Of a DNA stretch of 64,000 bases, positions 20,800 through 35,292 are shown piece after piece (within the stretch, counting starts at the first letter, position 1; each line of letters starts with the position of its first letter). The position numbers and the translations under genes are program-made. Origin of the DNA: Octopus vulgaris (lineage: Eukaryota); NCBI GenBank assembly GCA_951406725.2, contig OX597814.1, forward strand, positions 108,562,001 through 108,626,000, written 5' to 3'. The notes under the pieces were generated by a model. It was not told where the DNA came from, did no database searches, and was given only the letters and a program-made list of their open reading frames with translations.

Positions 20800-21190
20800 T
20801 AGACACAGGAATGGCTTTGTGGTAAGAAGCTTGCTTCCCAACCACATGGTTCCAGGTTCAGTTCCACTGCGTAGCACCTTGGGCAAGTTTCTTCTACTAT
20901 AGCCTCAGGCCAACCAGAGCCTTGCAAGTGGATTTGGTAGATGGAAACTGAAAGAAGCCCATCATATATATATATGTATATGTATATATTTGTGTGTGTG
21001 TCTGTGCTTGTCTCCCCCACCATTACTTGACAACTTATGTTGATATGTTTATATCCCCGTAACCTAGCAGTTCGGCAAAAGAGACTGATAGAATAAGTAC
21101 TAGGCTTACAAAGAATAAGTCCTGGGGGTCGATTTGTTTGACTTAAAGGCGGTGCTCAAGCATGGTCACAATGAAATGAGTGAAACAAGG
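20800..21190 (+). mobile_element. Abundant tRNA-derived SINE family with internal microsatellite (representative copy)
   Basis: TGGTAAGAAGCTTGCTTCCCAACCACATGGTTCCAGGTTCAGT head; copies near 26340-26780, 31330-31670, 41035-41440, 59850-60240 (+) and 38045-38410, 39245-39600, 54375-54750, 57115-57503, 62750-63192 (-). Confidence 0.85.
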
Positions 21191-21329
21191 AAATGACTAA
21201 ATGACATACTGGAGTTGATTTGCTCCACTAAAACCTTTCAAGGTGGTGGTGCCCCAGCATGGCCACAGTCAAGTGACTGAAACAAATTAAAGAAAATATA
21301 ACAGAAAAACCCAAACACAACTTGATACA

Positions 21330-21735
21330 TTCTCTCCTCTCCTTCTCTCTCTCTTTCTTTCTGCCCTCTCTTCTCTCTCTCTCCTTTCTCTGCTCTCTCC
21401 TCTCCCCTCTCTCTCCTTCTTTCTCTCTCACCTCTTTCTTCTCTCCCCTCTCCCCTCGTTCTCCTCTCCCTCTCGCCTTCTCTCTCTGCTCTCTCCTCTC
21501 CCTCTCTTCCCCCTCTCCTTCTCTCTCTTCTTCCCTCTCTCTCTCCTCTCACCTCCCTTCCTTCTTTCTCTCTCTCTGTTTTTCTCTCCCCTCTCTCTCC
21601 TCTCCCCCTCTCTTTCTCTCTCTGCTCTTTCATCTCCCCTCTCTCCTTCTTTCTCTCCCTCTGCTTTCTCCTCTCCTCTCCCCCTCCTCTCCGCTCTCTC
21701 CTCCCCTTCTTTCTCTTCCTTTTCTCTCATCACTA
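21330..21735. repeat. (CT)-rich polypyrimidine low-complexity tract
   Basis: Almost exclusively C/T for ~400 bp. Confidence 0.95.
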
Positions 21736-22139
21736 CTTTATCCTCCCACAGCTTGAAAGACTCTCTCAGTGTTCTCACTATTTCCTCACACTCCTCCCCA
21801 CAGTAAACAAAACAAATAAATAATAAACTCTTGTTAAATTGTTTTAATTTTTCACTAAATTAAGAAAATTCCAGCACATTGGAAATTAATCGATAATGAC
21901 GTGTGCCTCAGACAGAAATAGACTTTCTTATCATTACTTAATTACTGTAATAAAGAAACAAAACCTTCACCTGAAAATGAATCGATAAGTTCTTTAAAGC
22001 ATTCTTGCTAATTTGGAGTGGAAACGCTTAAACTGCGGATCTTTAGGAAATAGAAACTCGCTTTGTAACCGCAGGGTTTTGGGTTCAAGTTAACCTGGTG
22101 ACACCTTGGGCAATTGTCTTCCATAGTAGCCCCGGACGC

Positions 22140-22650
22140 GAAATTTTTTTCCCCACGAGAGTTCTTGACCCCAGTTATGAACTCATTTGCATACAGCCAA
22201 TCAGAGCTCAACTATCAAACTAATTTATGATGATGATAACAAGTGATGGGCGATAAGGTAAGATCACTTGGGTAAGGAATGAGCATGTGTCTTTTCTCTT
22301 TTAAGAATGCTTGTTGTTCTTGTTCTTGTTTCAACCATGGCTGCCTCTATGTTGTTGTTTACTTTGTAAAACAGTAAGGGGAGAGGGATGCCGGCACATC
22401 ACCCTCTACCCACATCTTTACCATATGGGGCCCTAACAAAATCTGATAATAGGTATAGATGCAAATCTATCTAATTACTTGTCTCCTTCTAAAATCAGGC
22501 ATAACTTGGCAATCGGTCGACTTACAATACTGTTCTTCGTCTTGAGTTTACTTGGTTTTAACGTGACAACCAGGTGAAAGTGAGCTCTGATTGGCTGTAT
22601 GCAAAGGAGTTCATTGCTGGGATCCAGAACTCTCGTGGGATAAAAAATCG
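22140..22650. mobile_element. MITE-like element with ~68-bp inverted repeats
   Basis: 22143-22210 (CCCCACGAGAGTTC...ATTTGCATACAGCCAATCAGAGCTCA) is inverted at 22581-22648. Confidence 0.7.
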
Positions 22651-23161
22651 TGGGGGGATGGTGGAGGTAGAAACACTAAATTAAAATAACATTAGACAAT
22701 AATTATATTCACAGGAAGTTGTGAGGGATTGAGGTGTTCTCCAAATGTGTGGAACATTTGTGGCTACAGGGTAGGTATGGGGTATTGTCATTTGATCTGA
22801 CCTCATTATTCAATTTATGCAATTGATAAGAAAACCAACAAATCAACATCATCACTGAAACTCAGTCATCAGTTTCGGGTCAGTGATTATGTGCCCCCAC
22901 CATGAAAGTTCTAAGGTTCTACATGCATCTACCGATAATAATATCTTATATCTTTGAACTTTACATTGTCAAAGCAAGTGACTAAATCCACTGAGACAAG
23001 GAACAAATAAAACTACTGACCTATCCTATACCTACCTGAAAAGAGGAACACGCCTAAATAAGCACACTGGCTTACAAAGTTCTATATATATCATCATCAT
23101 CATCATCATCGTTTAACGTCCGTTTTTCCATGCTGGCATGGGTTGGATGGTTCGACTGGGG

Positions 23162-23519
23162 TCTGGGAAGCCAGGAGGCTGCACCAGGCTCCAGTCTGAT
23201 CTGGCAGTGTTTCTACAGCTGGATGCCCTTCCTAACGCCAACCACTTCGAGAGTGTAGTGAGTGGTTTTTAAGTGCCACTGGCACAGGGGCCAGAGGAAG
23301 CTGGCAACGACCACAATTAGTTGGTGTTTTTACATGTCACTCTGGGAAGCCAGGAGGCTGCACCAGGCTCCAGTCTGATCTGGCAGTGTTTCTACAGCTG
23401 GATGCCCTTCCTAACGCCAACCACTTCGAGAGTGTAGTGAGTGGTTTTTAAGTGCCACTGGCACAGGGGCCAGAGGAAGCTGGCAACGACCACAATTAGT
23501 TGGTGTTTTTACATGTCAC
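23162..23519. repeat. 179-bp tandem duplication inside a repeat copy
   Basis: 23162-23340 equals 23341-23519 by eye. Confidence 0.9.
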
Positions 23520-26500
23520 TGGCATGGAAGCCAGTCAAGGCAGCGCTGGCATTGGCCACGTGTGGATGGTGCTTTTTACGCACTACCGGCATGGGAACCA
23601 CAACTATAATTTCCATTTGATTTTGATTTTGATGTACTTCACTCAATATATATATGAATAGATTCTAATCAATAACATGAACCCAAATTTAATCAATAAA
23701 AATTTCTCCAAACAACCCACCTTTCAACAGAATTACTATTCCATTCAAACCCAGAAAATCAAAGATGGAGGATTAGCAAAGTTGTTAGAATGTCGAGAAA
23801 ATTATCAGCAGTATTTCTCTCTGCTCTCTTCTTTCAGAGTTCATATCCTGCCACAATTAATTTTGTCATTTGTCCTTTTGGGGTTGATAAAATTTTTAAA
23901 GAAAGAAAGAAAGAAAGAAAACTGGCACTCCATCAGTTACGACAATGAGAATTCACGTTGATCCAATCAGTGGAACAGCCTACTCATGAAATTAATGTGC
24001 AAGTGGCTGAGTACTCCACAGACACATGTAATCTTAATGTAGTTCTCAGGGAGATTCAGTGAGACACAGAATGTGACATGGCTACCATTGAACTACAGGT
24101 ACCACTCATTTTTATCGGCTGAGTAAATTGGAGCAACATGAAATGAAGTGTGTTGCTGAAGGACACAAATCATTGCCTAGGAATCAAACTCATCACTTTA
24201 CAATCATGAGCCAACTACCCTAACCACTAAGCCATGTGCCTCCATGGGTTGATAAAATAAAATACCATTTAAGCACTGAGCCCACTAGTATCGAAATGGT
24301 TGGCCTTGTCTCTAAATTAAAAGCAATTATTTCACAAGAAATTCATAGACTGATGACAGTTTCCTCTAAGACAGTGTTTGTGATCAGAGTGGAAGCCCCA
24401 TCACCCTGAAGGAAGAGGGGAGCAGTGAAATTAAATAAATAGGGAGCCGAAAAATTGCCGTGTCTGATAAAATTAAAATGGTTTTTGAGCTTTTTAAACT
24501 TATCCAATACCAAAACAGAAAGATGAATTGTTTTGATTGGAGACTCTTTTGTGTCTTTTTGATTAAACCTTTTGTTACCATATTTCTGTTGAAACTGTAG
24601 CAGATTCAAAACTGAATCACTGAATAGCCAAATAAACATCACAGCTAAACCACTGTCGATTCACGTGATTGGCCAATTAATCCACCAATCAGTGTCAAGC
24701 AGTCCTGTGATTCAATTTTCTAGAACTTTCTAATGAGCCTTATAAAAAGGTTGCTTTTGGTGGCAACTGAAGAATGATGAGACAGCCTTTCTAACATCTC
24801 CATTCTCATTTTATTTACCAACCGTTGGCAGATAAAAGACACAGGTTTTGTCACCATGAACATAGCACTATTGTTTTCCAGTCGTGATGGACCAACCACA
24901 GATTAATACATACCAGTTATATTGGCATAGATCCCAGAAGTATGTCTCTCCTGGTGTCTAATTGTCACTGTTAGTTTTTGTCAAAAGACCAATGCAAAAA
25001 GTACAATGTGCAGTAAATAAGGTGTCTGTTAATTGTTCATGAATGTTGTTAATAATTTTTTACTTGCAGAGCTAAAAAGATATTTTCATTCACAAATGAC
25101 ACCATCATGACAAAATAATCTACCTTTCTTTTCTTTCTTTCTTTTTCTTTCATTTTTTTTTTCTAGTTTGCTCCAAGCAATTAGGTAGAAGTGAGAGGTA
25201 GAGATAAGAAGCTGCGATCTTAAACATGAAATACTCAACAATTAATTGTCTTGTTTTTTCATGTAGCTGTTATTTTCAAATAGTTGTATTTCACATTACG
25301 TATTTATTTATTAATTGTATTGGAAAACATAAGTGTTATCGTGTATGTCATATTGAAACGTTTATACTGCAGAAGAGAGAAATGTTTTAGTTAACATCGT
25401 AATATGATAATTGTATGTAGATATTATAAACAGAATAAGGTAGGTAATTATATGGAAAGTTGTTTGCGTATCTGTTGATGTGTATCATCATCATCATCAT
25501 CGTTTAACGTCCGCTTTCCATGCTGGCATGAGTTGGACGATTTGACTTAGGACTGGCAAGCCAGGAGGCTGCACCAGCATCCAATCTGATATGGCAAAGT
25601 TTCTACAGCTAGATGCCCTTCCTAATGCCAACCACTCCGTGAGTGTAGTGGTTGGTTTTACACGCCAGTCAGGTGGTTCTGGCAATGACTATGCTCAAAA
25701 GGTGTTTTTATATGCTACCTGCATGGGAGACAGTCAGGCGGCACTGGCAACGACCACACTCAAATCATCTTTGTCAAAACTGAAATACGAGTCAGACATT
25801 TTGTTGTCAGTGAGCAGGAACATGACCGGTGATGTACCAATGTCCAACAAGGAATTGGAGAAGGACAAAAATTTCTTTTACAGAGGTATTACCAAATTTC
25901 TTACTCTTTTCTCCTTCTCCAAGAGTTATTGATGATAGCTATACAGAAAATTCGACATTCAGAGCTTAGAGACGAGTATAATTGTAAAAAATCTATATTT
26001 CAGCTATATAAGTTTTCAACATAACAGACTCATCAGCACCAGACAAGATGTTTCACAGTATTTCTTCTGGCTTTACGTTCTGAGTTCAAATTCTCCCGAA
26101 GTCGACTTTGCCTTTCATCCTTTCAGGGTCGATAAAGTAAGTACCAGTTGCACACTGAGGTCGATGTAATCAACTTAGCCTCCCCCACAAAATTTCAGGC
26201 CTTGTGTCTTTAATGGAAAGTATTATAGAAGTCTTCGTCTTCTTCCCCAATCTCCATTAAAATAAAACACTGTGGGCGCTGGTCTACATATTTTATACAA
26301 AAGATACATAATGGATGGATGGGATTCTACAAAATAATCTGGATTGTGGGCAAAAAGCTTGCTTCCCAACCACATGGTTTTGGGTTCTGTCCCACTGTGT
26401 GGAACCATGGGCGTCTTCTACTATAGCCTTGGACCAATCAAAACCTTGTCAGCGGATTTGGTAGATGGAAAATGAAAGAAACCAGCCATGTATGTGTGTG

Positions 26501-26977
26501 TGTATGTGTGTGTGTGTGTGTGTACGTGTGTGTGTTTGTTTGTTTGTTTGTTCCCCTCTCTCACTTGACAAGCGGTGCTGGTGAATTGCCGTCCCCATAA
26601 CTAATAGTTTCTGCCAAAGGGACCACCAGAATAAGTATCATGCTTTAAAAATGAATAAATAAATGAATAAGTAAATAAACAAATAAATAAATACTGGGGT
26701 TGATTTATTCAACAAGAAAATTCTCCAAGGCGGTGCTCCAGCATGACCGCAGTCTAATGACTGAAATAAGTCACAGGTAAAAGGTAGGAGGCACAGGCAT
26801 GGCTGTGAGGTTAGAAGCTCACTTTGCAACCACATGGTTGCAGGTTCAGTCCCACTGTGTGGCACCTTGGGCAAGTATTTTCTACTACAGCCCCAGGTCA
26901 ACCAATGCCTTGTGAATGAATTTGGTACTCGGAAACTGTACGGAAGCTCATCGCACATATATATATATATATATATG

Positions 26978-27745
26978 TATGATGCATGTGTACGAACAGC
27001 CATACTACATGGCAGTAAAACATGGGCTGTGACTGCTGAGAACATGCATAAGCTCGCAAGGAATGAAGCCAGTATGCTCCAATGGATGTGTAATGTCAGT
27101 GTGCATACTCGACAGAGTGTAAGTACCTTGAGAGAAAAGTTGAACCTAAGAAGCATCAGATGTGGTGTGCAAGAGAGACGACTGCGTTGGTATGGTCATG
27201 TGGCGAAAATGGATGAGGATAGCTGTGTGAAAAAGTGCCACACCCTAGTAGTTGAGGGAACCTGTGGAAGAGGTAGACCCAGGAAGACCTGGGATGAAGT
27301 GGTGAACCATGACCTTTGAACATTGGACCTCACCCAGGCAATGACTAGTGACCGGGACCTTTGGAAATATGCTGTGCTGGAGAAGACTCGACAAGCCCAA
27401 GTGAGACTGTAACCTCGTGACCTATGCCAGGGGTGTAACCAGCCCACTTATTCGTACCTTTCCTTCATTGGACACTAAACTCTGCTTGCGAAGACCTGTT
27501 GAGGCAAGTGAAATCGAAATCAAAATCAAATTCGATGACTGGCATCCATGATAGTGGAGCACTAAGAATACCATACAAACGTGATTGTTGCCAGAGCAAC
27601 AAACTGGCTCCTGTGCAGGTGGCACGTAAAAGCACCCACTACGCTCTCGGAGTGGTTGGCTTTAGGAAGGGCATCCAGCTGTAGAAACTGCCAGATCAGA
27701 TTGGAGTCTGGTGCAACCATCTGGTTCACCAGACTTCAGTCAAAC
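26978..27745 (+). mobile_element. 5'-truncated RTE-clade LINE 3' end
   Basis: YDACVRTAILHGSKTWA...RRLRWYGHVAKMDE...GRGRPRKTWDEVV, a typical RTE C-terminus. Confidence 0.85.
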
Positions 27746-29823
27746 TGATGTTGTTTATTTACATCCCCTGAATTTATCATTTCGGCAAAAGAATCCATTT
27801 GAATAAGCACCAGACTTTGAAAATATGTCCTGTAGTCGATCTCTTTGAATAAAACCCTTCATGGTGGTGCCCCAGCATGATTGCAGTCTGATGGCTGAAA
27901 CAAGTAAAAGCTAAAAGATAAAATTATCTCCTGTTCGATTAAAATAATGCACCAATTTCATGTGATGAGTGCAAGATAGGGAAAGGATGTTTGTAAAACC
28001 CTTTTTTGGTGATAAGTTACGAAAGGTTGGGCCCCACTGATCTGCGTTCATTTTTTCATGTCTATTTTTTTAAAAATTCCAGTACAGTGTCAAAAATTGC
28101 ATCAAAAAAGATGTCTTTCCAAATAATATTAGACAGTATCTGTAGCAAACAAAAACAAACTATACACACGAACAAGGCCAAGACATCCATCTGTTATCGC
28201 AGCATGTCAGTCTTGTTTATTATAATAGATATCGGTTTTGTCAAACTCGTGTGGAAAATATCACACACATCATTAATAACGTCTCGATTGTGTAACATGG
28301 TAGAGCCTTCTTATGAGATATATTATGATAAGAACCGTTTAGAATGTTATCAGATAAAAGATTATGCATGTTCTACGTATTTCAACTATCAACAAACTTG
28401 AATCCATCTATTCGTTTGATAACAAGGAATATTTGTGAAACATTTCAACTAAAACCTTTATCTTGCAAGAATAACTAAATAGACATGGGAACAGAAAGTT
28501 TTTTTTCTGTTTGTAGAGATCAGGGATGTTGTATGATGAACATTCAATCAAGAGTCAGTGAAATTCATTTTGAAATATCACCATTTAATACCATATTTGT
28601 GGCAGTTGTACCTTAGTTTCATCATCATTATCGTTTAATGTCCTCTTCCCATGTTAGCATGGGTTGGACGATTTTGACTGAGGGCTGGCGAACTAGACGG
28701 CCGCACCAGGCTCCAATCTTGATTTGGCAGAGTTCTACAGCTGGATGCCCTTCCTAATGCCAACCACTCTGAAAGTGTAGTGGGTGCTTTTTACATGCCA
28801 CCGGCACGGGGGCCAGTCAGGCGGTACTGGCAATGACATCGCTCGAATCTTTTTACACATGCCACCAGCACAGGTGCCAGTAAGGCGACGTTGGTAACAA
28901 TCATGCTTAAATGGTGCCCTTTTACGTGCCACCAGTACGGAAGCCAGTTAGCCGCTCTGGCAACGACCATGCTTGGATGGTGCTCTTGGCACCCAACTAG
29001 AATAGGCACAAGTACCAGTAAGGCGACGCTGGTAACGATCACACTCGAATGGTGCCCTTTTATGTGTCACTGGCACATTCAAATTAAGAATGATTGGTGC
29101 GCTTCGTTTGTATAAACCACTGTTTGTGCTGCAACAAAGGTCAGCACTTCACAGAAAGAATAGAAACAAATGATTTGAGTTCGTTTGTTTTCAATTTTTA
29201 CAGTGGAATTTTTGATATATATAAATATTTTCCCAAAAGAGGACATTTGGCTGAAAAATGAATCTTGTCTTTTGGAACCCGTGTCTTGTGCGATTGGATA
29301 AATAAACATCTGTTAAATACAAAGACATGCTGATATAGAAAGACTAATGGTGTATATCATATTTGCAAAGTACATAATTAAAAATACACTTGATATAAAA
29401 TGACAGAAACAAGAATCGTAGCTTTTTGAAAGAGGAGAAACCAAAATGGCGAATGCAAAATGGAGGCAAAGAGAAGATTGCTTTGCAATGGCAGAGAGAG
29501 AGGCGTGAGCGAGAGAAGGAGAGAGAAAAAGACAAACAGACAGACAAACAGACACGCAGACAGACTAACGGACAGACATACGCACAGACAGACGGAGACA
29601 GGGATGGTAGAAGAAAATGTAAAGAGAATTCGAAAGCGGGAAAAAAATATATATTTGATGAGTTTGAGATCTGAAATGTCGCCACACCCTTCCTATTGAA
29701 TAACTTCACATTATCTAATAACTGATATTTTTTTAATAAACCAGGTAGTTTTGCTGCGGAATTGGTCTATACACGTATATGAACACATGACGGGAGACGT
29801 CATTTCTGTATGTGTGTGTGTGT

Positions 29824-29862
<39 letters not shown>

Positions 29863-30003
29863 GTATGTGTGCGTACGATATGATTGTACGTACGTATGTA
29901 ATATGTGTATGTGTATATGCGTTATGTGAGTATGACTGTTGGAGCGTGTTTCTATTAGAAACAGCCGACGTGAACACGTAGGTGTGTGTATGTGTGTGTG
30001 TAT

Positions 30004-30066
<63 letters not shown>

Positions 30067-30515
30067 CTATATTCAAAAAGTGTGCTTTTGTTTGTGCCTA
30101 TGTGTGCGTAATCTTTCGAATGCGTGGTTAGCAAGAACAGCCATAAAGAAGAAGTGGTGTGTGTAAGTGTGACAAGCATCCATGTTTAGGATGAGTCAAT
30201 ACGTGTGTGCGTGTGCGTTCGCGTGTGCATGCGCATGTATGTGTGTGTGTGTGTGTATTTATATGTATATATATATATTCCTATTTTGTCTGAAAGTCCT
30301 TCCCTATAGCGTAAACACATTTACTGTTAGATCAAACCATTTTAAATTTCAAAAGCTACACACTGATTTCATTGACAGGTAGATTTTAAGAAAGGGTCGC
30401 TTTAATAAGCGTGTATGAGTGCTTATGTCTGTGTGTGTGTGTGCTTATACGTTTATCAGTTTGCATGTGTCAATACGCCTAAAACCCTGCATGTATGTCA
30501 GTAGGTAGCTGTATA

Positions 30516-30548
<33 letters not shown>

Positions 30549-30771
30549 GCTGCGTGTGCGTGTTTGCTAATGTCTGTGTGTGGACCTCTATCTAAGTATG
30601 AATGTCAATATAAAGACTGCGCGCGCAGACACAGACACACATAAAAATACGCATAAACATACACACATACACGCATAATCATACACACACACGTGCAAAC
30701 ATTATAGGTTTTTTTGTGTAGCTTCTCGTTTTAGTCTGCATCTGTTACTATGCCTGGAACATACATATATC

Positions 30772-30829
<58 letters not shown>

Positions 30830-30833
30830 CATA

Positions 30834-30877
<44 letters not shown>

Positions 30878-30890
30878 CATACATACATGT

Positions 30891-30967
<77 letters not shown>

Positions 30968-32699
30968 TATGTATACATACATATATACATATATAGATAG
31001 ATAGATAGATAGATAGATGTGTATGTGAACTGGGATGGTAGGGTATCGTTTTACGAGTGTGTTATTAACGTGTGTGTGTGAAAGAAAGATTACTTGTAAA
31101 CACACCTATGTTTAGCGTGTCAGTGTTTGAGCTAGCGTGTCTATGTGTGTAAGGGAGCCTTTTGTCTTCATAATCTACATTTTGTACGCGCATGCGTGTA
31201 GTGTATATATATATGTAAATGTGTGTGTGTGTAAGTGTGTGTCTGCGTGCGTGTGTGTACGTATATGTATACACACACATATACGTATGTATGTATGCGT
31301 GTATTATAAAGTATACATGTGTGGGTATGCGCGAAACACTCTTTGCAACCGCATGGTTCCGGGTTCAGCCTCCCTACACGTCACCTTGAGCAGGTATCCT
31401 CTGCAATAGCGCCGGGACGACCAATGCCTTGTGAGCGAATCTGGTAGATGGAAGCTGTGTGGAAGCCCCTCGTACACACACACTTGCACGCACACGCACA
31501 CAACACACACACACGTTTGTGTGTGCTTTGTCCCCCAACTACCATCACTTAACAAACTGTTGGTTTGTTTACATCTCCATAACTTAGTGTTTCTACCCAA
31601 GAAGACTAAAAGTCTTCAAGGCGGTGCCCCAACATGGCCAAGTCTAATGACTGAAACATAAACGATAAAGGACCTAAAAGCAATGAAATTTATAGATATC
31701 GTCATCATTTCACGTCCGTTTTCTCTACTGGCATGGGTTGGACGGTTGGACAGGATCTAAGAAGCCAGACGACCGTGTCGAGCGCCAATGTCTACTTTGG
31801 TATCGTTTCTATAGCTGGGATGTCCTTCATAATGCCAACCACTTTATCGAGGGTACTGGGTGCTTTTTTTTCAAAGCACCCATGCTTGTGAAGTTAGTAA
31901 TTAACATGCACAGTAAGATCCCTTAATGGAATGGGTGTGGGGTACAGTATTGAGGAAGGTGGCTCCATGCCAAGTGTTAAGAGGTTAAAGTATGACAGAG
32001 AGAGACAGGAACAGGTGTTTTGTTGTAGAGGAGACATGACCAGCCCAGAAGGAAACGGCGGGGGGGGGGGGAAGAATGATGGAGGGGCAGTCAGGGGATA
32101 CTCTGAAGGTACAAGGAGGTGGATGGAGAGAGGATAGGGATTCAAGGAAGGCTGATAGATGAGTTTGTGAAAGGGGAGTGACAGAATGTTGGAGATGAGA
32201 ATAAAAATGAATGCAGTGAATGGTAAACGTGGATGATAACATGGTCAATGGTGAATGTAAAGAAACAGAGGAATATTGAGCTGTTGTCATCATCTTCATG
32301 TTTCATGCTGGCATGGGTCAGACGGTTTCATAGGATCTAAATGGATCCAGGAAGATGATCAATGAAAATGGTACGGAAATGAGAATGAAGGAGGGAAATG
32401 GTTCCCTCGGTGTACTTGTGGTGCAAAGAACCAAAGGAATTAACATGTACTGAGAAGTTTAGGTTCTGAGTTCAAATGCAGCCGAGTCTCACTTTGTCTT
32501 TCATCCTTTTGAGGCTGATAAAATAAGTACCAGTTATACACTGGGGTCAATGTAATCAACTCAGGCCCACCCCACCCAAACTTGCTGGCTCCTGTGCCAA
32601 AGTTTGAGACTAATATGAACTGAAGAGGAATGGATGTCGGAAGAAGAAGGCATCATAGTGAAACATGATGTGGAGAATGTTTGATAGGGCTGAATAAGG

Positions 32700-33830
32700 T
32701 CTATGGACAGGATGCAGCATGTACAAGTATGGGCCGAATGTTCATAGGATGGATGTGATTTCTCTCAAGCACAGAAAATTGCCAATTGTCTCAGTCCTTT
32801 ATGAAGCTCAGTATCTTGAGATCAGCCTTCATCATTCATTCTATGTCTTTCTAGGTCTTCTTCTTCCTCAAGATTTATTTGTTTTAAGCAACCTAAACTT
32901 TATACAGCTCTCCTCATCCATGCACATCACTTGACCATGCCAATGCAGTCTTCTCTCTTGCTTACTACGACTGATTCCTCTTACGCCCAGTTTTTATCTC
33001 AATACATTTGCACTTTGTCATACATGCATACTGATATTGCACATCCTGTGAAACATACAAGCTTCATTCCCTTCTACTAACCATATCTCCTCAGGCCCCA
33101 TGTCTCACTGCAATGTAGCATTGCTTTTCAAATAAGCATCATGCAATCTGCCTTTCATTTGGAGAGAGTGTGTGAAAGAAAGAGACTTTCTTTTTTACCA
33201 ACAAAGGTAAGAGCTCTCTGAATTTACTCCATCCTATTCTAGCAACTATACTTTCAGAACATTCTCCTCAACTGTTAATTAGGTCACCCAGGAAACAGAA
33301 ACTATCTCTCACCTCAAGGCAGCCACCTGGGCATTCAAGGAAATATATTTTTTCTGTCCTTAGTGCTCATTGCTCCTCTGCATCTTCCTCATATAGATAT
33401 TACTCCACAGCTTGCTCTGGGCACATATTTCCTACATACGAACAGGGCCATTTCCCTGAAGGGAGCAAAGTCCTGTCTCTTTTCCTGCTTAATAGAACTT
33501 TGTTCTTTGCTAAGTTAACTTTAAGGATCTCTGATTTCAGGTTTTACTTCCACACTTGGAATTTCTTTTCTGATTCTAACAGATTCTGCTATGAGAACAA
33601 GATCATCAACATACAGTAGTTCCTAGGGGCAGCCAGTCTTAAGTTCCTCAGTTATAGCCTGGAGGACAATGATGAAAAAGAGGGGACTGAGAGCTGAGCT
33701 CTGATAAACATCTACCTGTACTCTTAATTTATCACTGTAATTGTAGTTAACCCTCACTCACAACACTTCTGAACATGGCTTGTGTGGCCTTCACAAGACT
33801 TTTGCCTACTCATAGCTTCCTTAGAGACCA
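32700..33830 (-). mobile_element. Decayed RTE-like RT fragment (further pieces at 34140-34310, 35880-36020, 36540-36780)
   Basis: The minus strand reads as degenerate ALSPLFFII / ELLYVDDLVL / FCFLGD blocks and resembles the 27-kb copy. Confidence 0.65.
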
Positions 33831-33885
33831 TATATATGTAATTATTAACAAGAAGAAGTGAGTGAACAAGTCCTTTTATTCCATC

Positions 33886-33993
33886 AATTTACAATTGTTT
33901 CATCATCTGAATTCAATCTCATGAATATTGCTGTATTATACAATTGATTCCTGAGGTGTCATTGTAAAGACATGAGTTTGATTCTTCAGAATT
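33886..33993 (-). ncRNA. Type I hammerhead ribozyme motif
   Basis: Minus strand: UAAUU-CUGAAGA-AUCA...UGAU-GAAAC-AAUU-GUA-AAUUG; all three stems can pair. Confidence 0.6.
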
Positions 33994-34559
33994 ATATATA
34001 TACAAGCCATTAGCAAATGACTGTTATACATTGGATGTAAGCATGTATGTATGACAAAATACAAATGTCTTGAGAGAAAAAGCTGGGCATAAGAAGAATC
34101 AAATGTGTTTTGCAAAAGAGATGACTGCTCTGGTATGAACATGTAATGCAGATGGACGAGGACAGTTATATAATGAAGTGCCAATCACTAAATGTGGATG
34201 GAGCTCAGAGAAGAAGGAGTCCCAGGAAGACATGGGATAAAGTAGGGATGACTGACCCCAAGAGGAGAGGACAAAGAACCAGGGTGACTGGCAATAGGCA
34301 GTGTTCAAGAAAATCTGCCCATTTTAGCAAAACTGAGATTCTGGAAGCATAATAAATATATATCCACAACTAGGTCTTGTCCAATCTCCTCCTCAAGCCT
34401 TCTTCCTACCTATCATCTCTCTCCCTATCACTGACCCCCCCACCCCACCTAACTTCAGTATTCTGATGTTGCAATTAAATTAGAGTAATCATGTAAACAA
34501 CCCCTCCCCCGCCACCACCATCAAAAAATTACCATAAGACTACTTAATAGGGATTTCAA

Positions 34560-35292
34560 GATTTGGCACAAGGCCAGTAATTTCAAGGGTGGGTGGTAAG
34601 TTGATTACATCGCCACCCCCTTGTGTTCAACTGGTACCTATTTTATAGATCCCAAAAGGATGAAAGGCAAAGTCAACCTCAGCAGAATAATAGCAATAAC
34701 CCTTTGTACTGGAGGCACAAGGTCTCAAATTGGTGGAAGGGGACTAGTTGATTACATTGGTCCCAGTGTTTCACTGGTGCTTAATTTATTGGCCCTGAAA
34801 TTATGAAAGGAGAATAATAACAATAGCGATTTCAAATTTTTGCCATAAGGACAGCTTGTGGGTGGGGATTACGTCGATTACATCGACCCCAATGCCTAAC
34901 TGGTACTTAAGTTATCAATCCTGAAAGGACAAAAGTTGACCCCAGCGGAATTTGAACTCAGAACATAGCAGCAGACAAAATACTGCTAAGCATTTCACCC
35001 AGCGTCCTAATGATTCTGCCAGCTCGCTTCCACAGCAGCAGCAACAACAACAACAACAATAGCAGCAGCAGCAGCAATGATAATCCTTTCTATTATAGGT
35101 ACAGGGCCTGAAATTTTGGGGTAGGGGTCTGGTCGACTACATCACTTCCTAGAACTTAACTGTCACTTAATTTATTGACCTCAAAAGACTGAAAGAGAAA
35201 GTTGATCCATGTTGACATTTGAACCTGAAACGTAAAGATGGATGAAATGCCACCAAGCATTCTGTCTCGCATGCTAACAACTCTGCCAGCAT
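34560..35292 (-). mobile_element. Cluster of Nin/Deu-domain-like SINE copies (others at 26030-26225, 32460-32610, 52795-53325, 60505-60650)
   Basis: Repeated ACTGGTACTTAATTTATCGACCC...GAAAG core on the reverse strand. Confidence 0.7.

Noticed and set aside
20800-20880. tRNA genes at SINE heads
   Set aside because: A/B-box-like motifs only; they continue into SINE bodies and no convincing cloverleaf was found.
29751-31409. Many short ORFs rich in YI/CV/HT
   Set aside because: Translations of dinucleotide microsatellites.
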